Source of the DNA: a bacterium
Lineage (GTDB): Bacteria; JAMOTN01
Reading direction: 5' to 3'
Length of the DNA stretch: 45,161 nucleotides
Assembly (NCBI GenBank): GCA_027062325.1
Contig: JAMOTN010000026.1
Coordinates: 1-45,161 of the forward strand
Part shown: positions 36,617-45,161 of the stretch, one piece after another
Numbering within the stretch: position 1 is the stretch's first letter
Layout of the letters: each line of letters opens with the position of its first letter
The notes under the pieces: model-generated
Database searches by the model: none
Seen by the model: the letters and a program-made list of their open reading frames with translations, nothing else
Told to the model about the DNA's origin: nothing
Program-made: the position numbers and the translations under genes

Positions 36617-37306
36617 TTATTCCAGTTTGAATAGAAATACTGTGAAATCGTTAACTTCTTCCTTTATGCTGGATGAACTGTCGGAATCTACAATTTTAAA
36701 TCCCCAATACTTCACAAATTTTGCGCTTTGGCTTTCAAAAAGATTTATCAGTTCTTCGGAAGTGGAAAATTCCTCAATGTGTGAGAAAAATTCTATGTAA
36801 TTACGTTGCTGAGAGTAAATTTGGCCCAAAGGAGTTTCTCCAGGAACAGTTCCTACTATAATAAAAGAGCTGGTATTTTCAGAGTGCAGTTTGAGTGTTT
36901 TTAAAATGTTGGCTTTTTCATATTTTGTTAAGTAGCAAAAAGATGTGATGAATACAAACGTATTAAATATTCCCGGCTTGAAATTTACTGAATTCATATC
37001 AGCAAGCCAAACGATACAACCGCGTTTTTTAGCAATTTTTAAAGCTTCAAGGCTTATATCCATGCCGAACTTTAAGTTTATCTTTTCCTCTGGATTGTGA
37101 AGGTAACTTGCAAAGCGTCCGGTTCCTATTCCAAATTCTATTGCATTAACATAACCTGTCTCTTTTTTGATGAGATGCAGGGCTTTTTTTACACATTCAA
37201 TCTCGAGGTCGTAAATCCATTTATTAGCTTTATACCACTCATCGTAGGGAGTGATTAGTTTGTTATAAGTGGCGGCAATTTTCTCTACTCGTTCTAAATT
37301 TTTCAC
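36617..37306 (-). CDS. Class I SAM-dependent methyltransferase
   Basis: YDEWY, IEFGIGTGRFA, GMDISLEALKIAKKRG motifs. Confidence 0.88.
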   Translation of the reverse strand: MKNLERVEKIAATYNKLITPYDEWYKANKWIYDLEIECVKKALHLIKKETGYVNAIEFGIGTGRFASYLHNPEEKINLKFGMDISLEALKIAKKRGCIVWLADMNSVNFKPGIFNTFVFITSFCYLTKYEKANILKTLKLHSENTSSFIIVGTVPGETPLGQIYSQQRNYIEFFSHIEEFSTSEELINLFESQSAKFVKYWGFKIVDSDSSSSIKEEVNDFTVFLFKLE

Positions 37307-37402
37307 ATTTTCCCACTCCTTTTGTCTCTTTTAGTTCATTATATTTAAAATACTACTTGAGGAGAAGTGAGGTCAAAAATATAGTTATAAGGTGATGAGA
37401 CT

Positions 37403-39208
37403 GTGCGAATTTCTATTGGTGAAGTTGAGAGAAATTTTAAAGTGATACCAAATTTATCCGGGGTTTACGTCTTTTTAGATGTTGAGTTGGAGCCAATTTA
37501 CGTTGGAAAGGCAAAAAATTTAAGAAATAGATTGCGATCTCATCTTAAAAGATCAAGTTACAAATCTGGTTTAATTGTGGCACAAGCACGTTGGATAGAG
37601 ATTTATACAACCTCGACGGAGGCTGAGGCTTTGCTACTTGAGGCACGTCTTATAAAAGAGTGGCGCCCCAAGCACAACGTTCAGTTTAAAGATGATAAGA
37701 GTTATCCATACATAGTGATTACTGATGAAGAGTATCCTGCGCTGTTATATGTTAGAAATCCCAAAGGAAAACTAAAATATAAGCTTGGTCCTATTCATTC
37801 AGCAAATTTGGCAAGGGTTTTGTACGATTGGTTGGCTTCTGAGTACCGATTGAGAAGGTGTGCTAGATTGAGAAAAAGGTTGTGTTTGTATGGTCAGCTT
37901 GGATATTGTTCTGGAGTGTGTGAAATGGTTGATACTGATTATAGTGAGCGTGTAGCGGAAGCTATAAGAGTTTTAATGGGGGATGAGAGACTGGTTGAGA
38001 TGTGGAGAGATAAAGCTTTGCGGAAGATGAAGGAGGCAAGTGGATGCTTTGAGTATGAAAAGGCTTCTTATTGGCGAGATGTTGCCAAAGCTCTTAATAT
38101 GCTTGAGGTGAAGTATGGATTTTCAGGAAAAATTGCTGCTCTTTTTATAAAAAGAGAAGAGGTTAAAGGACTGGGGGAATTTGTCTTTACTATGTTGGTT
38201 TTTGGAGATAGAGGAAGAGTTGTTTACTCAAAGTTTGAGGTGTTGCCGGATGTAGAGGTTGCCCTTTCATGGTTTTTTCAATCACTTTATATGTATGGCT
38301 TTCCGGAAAAGATATATCTTCCTTTAGAGCTTTTGGAAGAATATAGACTAAAAGAAAATACGGATGTGCCTTTGAAATTACTGAGTTTGGAAAAATTGGA
38401 TAGGAAACTGGTTGAATGGGCTTACAAAGTCATTGAAAACCGAAGGCAGGATTCTCAGCTGATTGAGAGTCAGAGAAAACGTGTTGAGGGTTTGGAAAAA
38501 TTGAGTGTTCTTTTTGGTCGTTGGCCGTCCATAATTGAGTGCTATGATATATCAACTCTTTATGGAAGTTTTAATGTTGCCTCTCGCGTTGTTATGGTTG
38601 CAGGAAGATTAGAAAAGTCTAGGTACAGACGTTATAGGTTGAATGTGGTTGGTCAAGATGACTTTGCAAGTATGCGTGAGGTTATGAGAAGGAGGTTTAA
38701 GTTGGATAAAGATGGAGTTAGAAGTGCGAGGTTAGAGTTGCCTGATGTTGTTATTTTAGATGGAGGAGAGCCGCAATTAAGGGCTGCTTTAAGCGTTTTA
38801 AGAAAATTTTTTAGGGGAGATGAATTTGTGCTGGCTGGAATTGCCAAGCAAGAAGAAGAACTACTTGTAGTTGAAGATTGGGCTAAGTTTGTTGTGAGGA
38901 GGATCAGGATATCATTGGATCAGGAATGGGGAAGGATGCTAATACTTTTGAGGGATGAAGCACACAGGTTTGCAGTGTCGTATCACAGAAGTTTGAGAGA
39001 AAGGCAGGTGCTTGAAGGGGTATTAAGAGAGATTCCCCACATAGGTGAAAAAACAGCCAGAAAGCTTGTGAGTAACTTTGCTTCTCTTGATGAGATAGCT
39101 AGGGCAGATCGAGCTGAGTTGAAAAAATTGGGATTAAACAAGAAAATGATAGATTCTCTAAAAAAACATTTAGCTGGTTTGGTTGGGGGTATATGTGAGG
39201 ACAAGTAA
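37403..39208 (+). CDS. uvrC: Excinuclease ABC subunit C
   Basis: GIY-YIG (GVYVF..IYVGKAKNLRNRL), KDDKSYPY, 4-Cys cluster, IECYDIS, DDFASM, LDGG..QL, RDEAHRFA, HhH tail. Confidence 0.96.
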   Translation: MRISIGEVERNFKVIPNLSGVYVFLDVELEPIYVGKAKNLRNRLRSHLKRSSYKSGLIVAQARWIEIYTTSTEAEALLLEARLIKEWRPKHNVQFKDDKSYPYIVITDEEYPALLYVRNPKGKLKYKLGPIHSANLARVLYDWLASEYRLRRCARLRKRLCLYGQLGYCSGVCEMVDTDYSERVAEAIRVLMGDERLVEMWRDKALRKMKEASGCFEYEKASYWRDVAKALNMLEVKYGFSGKIAALFIKREEVKGLGEFVFTMLVFGDRGRVVYSKFEVLPDVEVALSWFFQSLYMYGFPEKIYLPLELLEEYRLKENTDVPLKLLSLEKLDRKLVEWAYKVIENRRQDSQLIESQRKRVEGLEKLSVLFGRWPSIIECYDISTLYGSFNVASRVVMVAGRLEKSRYRRYRLNVVGQDDFASMREVMRRRFKLDKDGVRSARLELPDVVILDGGEPQLRAALSVLRKFFRGDEFVLAGIAKQEEELLVVEDWAKFVVRRIRISLDQEWGRMLILLRDEAHRFAVSYHRSLRERQVLEGVLREIPHIGEKTARKLVSNFASLDEIARADRAELKKLGLNKKMIDSLKKHLAGLVGGICEDK

Positions 39209-39210
39209 AA

Positions 39211-40023
39211 TTAGTAAGGTGAGTCTCTGCTTATAAAGCTTTCGAGATTTACAGTTATGTTGTTAAGTTCTTTTAGAGTAGTGTAATCAGTCATGTCAAC
39301 TGTTAGTGGGGTTATTGAAATATATCCATTTTTAACGGCAATTTCATCGGAGTTTGGAGCAGTTAGAATATTTGTTTTCTCACCAGTTAACCAGTAGTAT
39401 TTTATACCATGAGGAGAGAAGCACGGTTTGAACTTGTCAAACCAGAAAAATGGATTTTGAAAAGTGAACTTTACTCCTTTTATCTCCTCAAGAGGTAGTG
39501 GAGGAATATTGACATTGAAAAGTTTGGAAGATATAGTTGGTTTTTCATCTATAAGTTGAAATATGAAATGCAATGTTGCTTCAAGTGATGGTAAAATCCA
39601 TGACAATACTTCTTCTGTAGGTTTATAGTCTGTCACAGATACGGCAATTCCAAACTTTCCCATTATTGCTGCTTCTGCCGCTGCTGCCACGGTGCCTGAG
39701 TATAGGATGTCTGTTCCCAAATTTGGCCCAGCATTTATTCCAGAGAGAACTATATTGCAGTCGGGAAACGCTTCATATAAGCCGAACTTGGCAGCATCAG
39801 CCGGAGTGCCGTAGACTGCAAAAGCTTTTTTAGCTTCTGGTATACTGAACTCTTCCACTTTTATTGGTTGGAGTAAAGTTACAGCTTGACTGCTTGCGCT
39901 TTTTTGATAGCGAGGAGCACTTACAAATACCTCTCCAAATTTTGAAGCAGCGTGTACCAGAAAACGAAGGCCTATTGCTTCTATTCCATCATCGTTTGAT
40001 ACGAGTATCTTTAATTGTCTCAC
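39211..40023 (-). CDS. surE: 5'/3'-nucleotidase SurE
   Basis: ILVSNDDGI, GTPAD, SGINAGPNLG, YSGTVAAAAEA, NVNIP, GYISITPL. Confidence 0.96.
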   Translation of the reverse strand: MRQLKILVSNDDGIEAIGLRFLVHAASKFGEVFVSAPRYQKSASSQAVTLLQPIKVEEFSIPEAKKAFAVYGTPADAAKFGLYEAFPDCNIVLSGINAGPNLGTDILYSGTVAAAAEAAIMGKFGIAVSVTDYKPTEEVLSWILPSLEATLHFIFQLIDEKPTISSKLFNVNIPPLPLEEIKGVKFTFQNPFFWFDKFKPCFSPHGIKYYWLTGEKTNILTAPNSDEIAVKNGYISITPLTVDMTDYTTLKELNNITVNLESFISRDSPY

Positions 40024-40049
40024 AGTAAAGCCTCCATTTCTTACTTGGT

Positions 40050-40862
40050 TTACTTAAGCTTTGAGATTCTAGCAGAGAACCAACCTAGAATTAATTCTCT
40101 TACAACTTTTGCAGCTAGTATAGCGGATACTTTATCTTCGACAAGAGGGGAAAATTCAACCACGTCTATAGCAACAACTTTATTCCATGGTATGCTTTTG
40201 ACAAATCTTGCGAAGTCATCCCAAAATATGCCGCCCGGTTCAGGAGTTCCTGTACCGGGAAATACTGCGGGATCGAATACATCTAGGTCCACTGAAATGT
40301 ATATTGGAAGATCAGATGGAATTGAATCGGCAAAATCGAATAAAGTTTTGTAAGTTTTAACAAATTCCCATTCTTCACGTGAGAAGCTTCTTATTCCAAG
40401 TTGAAACAACTCTGCCCCCTCTTCGAATACACGGCGCATTACTGTGGCATGATTATATTTGGTGTTTTCAAATGAATCTCTCAAATCTGCATGGGCGTCA
40501 AGGTGTATTACGCGAAGCTTACCAAACTTTTTTAGACAGGCTCTGACCGCTCCCAATGTTACTGTGTGTTCTCCACCAATCATGAGAAAAGTTTGCTCAT
40601 TTGAAAGAATTGAAGAAGCAGTTTCTTCCACTTCCTCGAGCATCTTATTTGTGTCGCAAGATACCTCTATTTCTCCGCTGTCTCTGAATGGAACTTCCTC
40701 TAATGATGAAACCCATAGTGGTGAAAACTCTTCCAACATTATACTTGCTTCTCTTATGCGATTACCTGCAAATTTTGAACCAGGAAAACCTGAGCTTGTT
40801 GAGTCGAAAGGGACTGAAAATAAAACGAGTGGTCCTTCATTTTTTGAAGCTAAGAACTTCAA
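40050..40862 (-). CDS. speB: Agmatinase
   Basis: VPFDST, GGEHTVT, DAHADLRD, SVDLDVFDP, PGTGTPEPGG ureohydrolase motifs; TTG start. Confidence 0.92.
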   Translation of the reverse strand: MKFLASKNEGPLVLFSVPFDSTSSGFPGSKFAGNRIREASIMLEEFSPLWVSSLEEVPFRDSGEIEVSCDTNKMLEEVEETASSILSNEQTFLMIGGEHTVTLGAVRACLKKFGKLRVIHLDAHADLRDSFENTKYNHATVMRRVFEEGAELFQLGIRSFSREEWEFVKTYKTLFDFADSIPSDLPIYISVDLDVFDPAVFPGTGTPEPGGIFWDDFARFVKSIPWNKVVAIDVVEFSPLVEDKVSAILAAKVVRELILGWFSARISKLK

Positions 40863-40903
40863 ACTTTAACACTCCTTCCAAGAGTATACTTAGGAAAGTT
40901 CCT

Positions 40904-41224
40904 TTAAACTTCTATATCCACTAGTAATGAATAGATTCTTTCACGATTGAACTTATGAACGCCTTTTACTTCTTCTGAAGAATTGAGCATCTCTTCTTTA
41001 AGTCTTGCGATAAGAGCATCTGCCTCTTTGAGGGTTTGTATATCTGTTTGAGTTGCATCTGCATTTACTTTTGAAAGTTCTATATCTACAGAGTCAGTTT
41101 CATTTGGGGAAGCGGCATCAACATTTTTATTTTGCTGTTCCTTCTTTCTCAAGTTAAGGTGCCTTTGGTTTTGTGTAGTTTCAATTGTATTTACATTGTA
41201 GTTTGGATTGAATTTTATCTCCAC
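40904..41224 (-). CDS. Small hypothetical flagellar-operon protein (FlgM-like DSVDIELS motif, flagellin C-terminal-like tail)
   Basis: SD GAGGGGGG; follows fliS and fliT-like gene; C-terminal 40 aa align by eye to the local flagellin C-terminus. Confidence 0.75.
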   Translation of the reverse strand: MEIKFNPNYNVNTIETTQNQRHLNLRKKEQQNKNVDAASPNETDSVDIELSKVNADATQTDIQTLKEADALIARLKEEMLNSSEEVKGVHKFNRERIYSLLVDIEV

Positions 41225-41238
41225 TTCTATCCCCCCTC

Positions 41239-41589
41239 TTAAAATTCCTTATCAAAAAAGGTTGTTCCAATTCTATAATTCGGTAAGTGTTGTGCAAATT
41301 TTAAGCGTTTGTTTAGGTTTTTGAGTTCTTTTTCTAGATTTTTCTTCTCTTCAGAGAGTCTTTTGTACTCTGCTTCTACTATAGATTTAATCCTTAAAAG
41401 TTCGTTATAAATAAGTGATAGGAGGTTAGAGACTTCAGAATCCTCCTCAAACTTGGAGTTTTCGAGTATAGGAATGATTTTTTTGTCAAGTTCAGTTATC
41501 TTGGGAATTTTTTTATCAAGTTCTTCGGTGGATGAAATGGATTTTAATATGGATAGCTTTTTTCTTAAAAGAGCTATTAACTCGTGCAT
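41239..41589 (-). CDS. FliT/FlgN-like flagellar export chaperone
   Basis: 116-aa helical protein directly after fliS, ending FFDKEF; SD GGAGG. Confidence 0.6.
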   Translation of the reverse strand: MHELIALLRKKLSILKSISSTEELDKKIPKITELDKKIIPILENSKFEEDSEVSNLLSLIYNELLRIKSIVEAEYKRLSEEKKNLEKELKNLNKRLKFAQHLPNYRIGTTFFDKEF

Positions 41590-41602
41590 TTATGTACCTC
41601 CA

Positions 41603-42022
41603 TTAAATGGTTAGTTGTGTTGAAGTTGGTTGGGTTGGCTTTGAATTTGTAGTTGCTGCTTTGGTGCGTTCACGTTTTTCAACTTCTACCCATGCTTCTT
41701 TTAAACTTTTCATTAATTCAATGACTTCTTCAACTGCCTTTATATCGTCGTTAATATTTGCTTCAATCAAGCGGTTTTTCATATATATGTATAACATTTT
41801 CAAATTTTTAGCAATATCTCCACCTTTCTCTTCATCAAGAGATATTAAAAGCTCTGTTATTATGTCTTGAGCTCTTACAAGTAGTTCGTTTTGTTTTTCA
41901 ACATTTCCTTTTTCCATTTCTTTTATAGCAGCTCTCATGAATTTAATTGCTCCATCATAGAGCATAATAACAAGTTGAAGAGGAGTGGCTGTTTGGATTC
42001 TCATTTTCAAGTACTCGTTCAT
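41603..42022 (-). CDS. fliS: Flagellin chaperone FliS
   Basis: TATPLQLVIMLYDGAI, AQDIITEL..SLD, IAKNL..LY.YM, LKEAW. Confidence 0.97.
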   Translation of the reverse strand: MNEYLKMRIQTATPLQLVIMLYDGAIKFMRAAIKEMEKGNVEKQNELLVRAQDIITELLISLDEEKGGDIAKNLKMLYIYMKNRLIEANINDDIKAVEEVIELMKSLKEAWVEVEKRERTKAATTNSKPTQPTSTQLTI

Positions 42023-42036
42023 AAAATCACCTCACA

Positions 42037-43788
42037 TTACTTTTTAGTAGATGTTTGAAGTGATGCAAATTGAGCTTGTAGCCAATTGAGCTGAGAATTT
42101 AGATCACTTAATTGAGAGTCAACTGCTGAGTATTTTAAGATAAGGCTTTCTCTGTATTCATCTAAATGTTTCTGGAAGTCATCGATTTTGATTGCTACGT
42201 CTTCAAGAGCCTCATCAGCGTATTTTATACGTTGTGTCAGTACACCTGTTCCTGCATCTGTTAAGCCCTGAAGGTAGTCACGAAGTCTTATTGCTACACC
42301 TTGCTGAGTTGTTAAATCGCCATCTTGCAAGTTGAAGAATTCATAAACTTGGTCTGGATTATTTCGTAGTGCTTCGCGCAGCTTGGATTCATCTAGCTCT
42401 ATTTTTGGAATATACGTTCCCTCTTGCCAGTCAGTGCTTCCTACGTCTATTTTAGATGTGGAAAGACCAATTTGATCAGCGCTTGATATACCGATTCCAA
42501 CTGCTACTCTGTCAAATATAAGGCGATTTATGTTATCAGCAATCATCATTATTGTGTTGTCATTATGAAGAGGAGAATCTTTGTCCTTATAAAGTTTATA
42601 AATTTTTTCTATTATTTCGTTGTAACCATCGACCATTTTCTTCACGGCGTCGACTGCTTTATCAATGTCTCGGTCCACAGTTATTGTTGTAGTACCGGTT
42701 TGATTGACATTGATTTTTACTCCACCGTATTCGAATTCATTGGTGTTTGAATAGAGTACTGTTGATCCGTTTATGGTTATTTGAGCATTTTGTCCAAGTT
42801 CTTGAGTTGCACCTATTATGTTTGTGGCTGTTAAAAAGTTACTACTTACCTCTTCAAAGTTTATTTCGTAAGCACCGGGCACTGTGGATTCCATGACGAC
42901 TGCGTCTTTTACGGGATCGTACCATGCCCTTACTCCGGCTTCAGAATTGTTTATTTTAGAAAGAACATCTTCAAGTGTATCGGTATAAGGATTAATAAAA
43001 ATTGATACGCCATTTATCTTAATTTCTCCCTCAGTTATTGCAGTGGCAAAGTTAGTGTCAGCTAATTCTTCCTTAGGATTTATAGCTCCCAAGTGATACA
43101 TTCCTTCTACGTAGTTAGTATCATCTGAATCCAGCTGTTGATAAGCGCCGAGAAGTCCTGTTACTTCCAAAAAATTACTTGTATCGGTTGAAGCTCCTAC
43201 GACAATTCGGGCACTATCTCCAGTAGTTGCGTTTTTAAGAGTGATTTTATCTGTTGTATCATCATAGGAAGCAATGACTCCAGCTCCTGAGTTGTTGATT
43301 TTATCAATAACATCATTTAACGTGTCTGTATTTGGATCAATAGAGATTTCTACGCCATTTATGGTAAATGTTCCTGCTGTTATCTTATCACGATACTTTT
43401 GAGTGGCTATTACAGCAGTTGGATCTATTGTTCCTCCAATTTGTGTGCTACTTTCAACCTTCGTAGGTGTTGCAAGTTGATTCACTTCAACGGTAAAGGA
43501 GCCTAAAACAGGTGTACTTGAGTCTATTGAGGCACTAGCTATATCTTCATTTGATGAAGTTGCTTTGAATGAACTGAACGTTTTATTAAGTGTCAAATCA
43601 AATAAATCCAATCTAAAGCTTGTCAACATGCTATTTAGATTTTGAAGCTCAATTTTTTGATCTGTATAGAGCTTTTGTTTTTCTGTTAAATCAGTAAGTT
43701 TTTGGGCTTCCAATGATACAAGAGCATCTATAATACTATTGAAGTCTATACCACTTGTAAAAACATTGAAATTAACCTTATTTGCCAT
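42037..43788 (-). CDS. fliD: Flagellar filament cap protein
   Basis: SGIDFNSIIDALV N-terminus, VEVNQLA, GQNAQITING, NEF..GV, LDESKLREAL; between flaG and fliS. Confidence 0.95.
   Translation of the reverse strand: MANKVNFNVFTSGIDFNSIIDALVSLEAQKLTDLTEKQKLYTDQKIELQNLNSMLTSFRLDLFDLTLNKTFSSFKATSSNEDIASASIDSSTPVLGSFTVEVNQLATPTKVESSTQIGGTIDPTAVIATQKYRDKITAGTFTINGVEISIDPNTDTLNDVIDKINNSGAGVIASYDDTTDKITLKNATTGDSARIVVGASTDTSNFLEVTGLLGAYQQLDSDDTNYVEGMYHLGAINPKEELADTNFATAITEGEIKINGVSIFINPYTDTLEDVLSKINNSEAGVRAWYDPVKDAVVMESTVPGAYEINFEEVSSNFLTATNIIGATQELGQNAQITINGSTVLYSNTNEFEYGGVKINVNQTGTTTITVDRDIDKAVDAVKKMVDGYNEIIEKIYKLYKDKDSPLHNDNTIMMIADNINRLIFDRVAVGIGISSADQIGLSTSKIDVGSTDWQEGTYIPKIELDESKLREALRNNPDQVYEFFNLQDGDLTTQQGVAIRLRDYLQGLTDAGTGVLTQRIKYADEALEDVAIKIDDFQKHLDEYRESLILKYSAVDSQLSDLNSQLNWLQAQFASLQTSTKK
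42810..43440 (-). repeat. Internal ~100-aa duplication in FliD (flagellin hook IN-type motif)
   Basis: ITAGTFTINGVEISIDPNTDTLNDVIDKINNSGAGV..SNFL..TGLLGA vs ITEGEIKINGVSIFINPYTDTLEDVLSKINNSEAGV..SNFL..TNIIGA; boundaries approximate. Confidence 0.8.
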
Positions 43789-43839
43789 AACCACCACCCC
43801 AATACGGGCAAAGCTTTCCTACTAGGTACTACTGTTCTA

Positions 43840-44214
43840 CTAAATAATATCGTCAACAATTAATCCCAAAGCTTCACGCATCCTCTTGTAGAATTTAAGA
43901 AGCATCTCTGGAGGATGCTCTCTTATAACTTTTCCAGTTTTTCTATCGATAACTTTTACAACTAATTTATCAGTAGAGTCATCTATTTCAACTTTTACAG
44001 ATAAGTTTAAAGCCTTAAGTGTTTTGTTAAGGGTTTGCTTAGCCTCTTCAAGTTCTTTTCTTAGTTTATCAGCATTTACTTGAATGTAATCTTTGTTTTG
44101 TACATTTTCTTTCTTGATATTATTCTTGGGTATTAATTTTTCGGTTGATAAATGAGTGTTTTTAGAGCTGTTAACTGTAGGGGGATTAGTTACTTTAACG
44201 TTTTTAACCTCCAT
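43840..44214 (-). CDS. flaG: Flagellar protein FlaG
   Basis: VVKVIDRKTGKVIREHPPE..L and GLIVD; between flagellin and fliD. Confidence 0.93.
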   Translation of the reverse strand: MEVKNVKVTNPPTVNSSKNTHLSTEKLIPKNNIKKENVQNKDYIQVNADKLRKELEEAKQTLNKTLKALNLSVKVEIDDSTDKLVVKVIDRKTGKVIREHPPEMLLKFYKRMREALGLIVDDII

Positions 44215-44231
44215 GTTCCCCACCCCCATTA

Positions 44232-44266
44232 ATTGAGGGGGCCCATCATGGGCCCCCTACCTCAAT
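44232..44266. other. GC-rich hairpin between flagellin and flaG (terminator, stabiliser or processing site)
   Basis: Perfect inverted repeat AGGGGGCCCAT-C-ATGGGCCCCCT (44236-44258) with outer ATTGAG/CTCAAT arms; no U-tract on the - strand. Confidence 0.75.
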
Positions 44267-44274
44267 CCAATTAT

Positions 44275-44301
44275 TTTTCGGAAAGTAATTAAAATTTTTA
44301 A
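44275..44301 (-). promoter_or_regulatory. Sigma28-like promoter upstream of flaG-fliD-fliS
   Basis: TTAAA-N14-TCCGAAAA in an AT-rich region; expected location for a late flagellar operon. Confidence 0.5.
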
Positions 44302-44334
44302 TAGATAAATTAAATTTAGTTAAATTTTAATCAT

Positions 44335-45161
44335 TTAACCTAATAGCTGAAGAGCAACTTGCTGTCTAGCATTTGCTTGAGCAAGCATTGCCATACCGGA
44401 CTGTTGTAAAATTTGCCACTTGACAAGCTCTGTGGATTCTTTTGCTATGTCTGCATCTCTGATCATGGAGTCTGCTGCAACGGTGTTTTCTTCTTCAATT
44501 TGCAAGTACTGAACACTGTGCTCAAGTCTGTTGACGTAAGCTCCAACTTTGCTGCGTTCGCGAGATACAGTTTTGATTGCTTCATCGATTTTTGAGATAG
44601 CTTCTTCAGCGGATTCTGATGAAGTTAGATCTAAGTCAGCTATATCAAGAGAAGCTGCATCCATCCTCTTAATAGAAATATTGATAGTTTGATCCTTATT
44701 TGGACCAACGTGTAATTTAAAGTCTCTTCCTTCGCCAACAAAAATTTGAGCATGAGCGCTTAATGGAGCTTTTACGTCAAGGACAAGACCATTCCAAGCT
44801 TTGCCAATATCATTTATTCTAACTACTGTTCCGTCTCCCTCATAAGTTTCAGAAGAGCTACCTCCAACTGACCTGATTGCTATCTTAACGTTCTCCCCAA
44901 TAAATGATCCAAGATCTGAGTTTGTAACTCCAAATGCGTCGCTGTCTTGAGCGGTGCTTTCGATGACGAGTTTAGCAGCTTTACCGTAGTCTTCTGTGCG
45001 CAAATACAATGCTTGGGTACCAGTAGCGATGTCCACTTTGGAAGCATAGATGCCTATGTTCATTTGGTTAATTTTTGCGATAACGTCATCAAGGCTCTCG
45101 CCTTCTTCCTTTTTAACAAGATAACCATTAATTTTAATAGTAGCAGCGATAGATGCTTTAA
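44335..45161 (-). CDS. fliC: Flagellin, C-terminal part (5' end beyond window)
   Basis: LHVGPNKDQTI, AISKIDEAI..VSRERSKVGAYVNRLEH, IRDADIAKE, QILQQSGMAMLAQAN; frame stays open to the window edge. Confidence 0.97.
   Translation of the reverse strand, partial: KASIAATIKINGYLVKKEEGESLDDVIAKINQMNIGIYASKVDIATGTQALYLRTEDYGKAAKLVIESTAQDSDAFGVTNSDLGSFIGENVKIAIRSVGGSSSETYEGDGTVVRINDIGKAWNGLVLDVKAPLSAHAQIFVGEGRDFKLHVGPNKDQTINISIKRMDAASLDIADLDLTSSESAEEAISKIDEAIKTVSRERSKVGAYVNRLEHSVQYLQIEEENTVAADSMIRDADIAKESTELVKWQILQQSGMAMLAQANARQQVALQLLG

Overview
Gene-dense, AT-rich chromosomal segment of a flagellated bacterium with an outer membrane (FlgA/H/I and a C-terminal-Phe beta-barrel). It is probably thermophilic and deep-branching; this is inferred from E/K-rich proteins and highly divergent orthologues. 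The + strand is strongly G/T-skewed and is probably the leading strand. Housekeeping genes: hinT, DUF501, class III adenylate cyclase, xseB-ispA, ppdK, ktrB/ktrA, trmH-type methyltransferase, pheS, DUF512 radical SAM, prmC, rimO-pgsA, ccdA, uvrC, surE and speB. The window also holds an outer-membrane barrel/ECF sigma/anti-sigma module, three prepilin-type genes, flgA-flgH-flgI, a giant (~2.8 kaa) TPR protein, a secreted GH13 enzyme, and a late flagellar operon (partial flagellin, flaG, fliD, fliS, fliT-like, orphan). No rRNA, tRNA, CRISPR array or mobile element was seen. Most unusual items: (1) a nested 'KtrA inside KtrA' regulator; (2) a small flagellar-operon protein with an FlgM-like N-half and a flagellin-D0-like C-half; (3) a zinc anti-sigma/FecR-like hybrid next to a non-TonB barrel; (4) the giant TPR solenoid; (5) an unlisted 58-aa gene with strong expression signals. 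All family assignments are from motif recognition by eye, not database searches.
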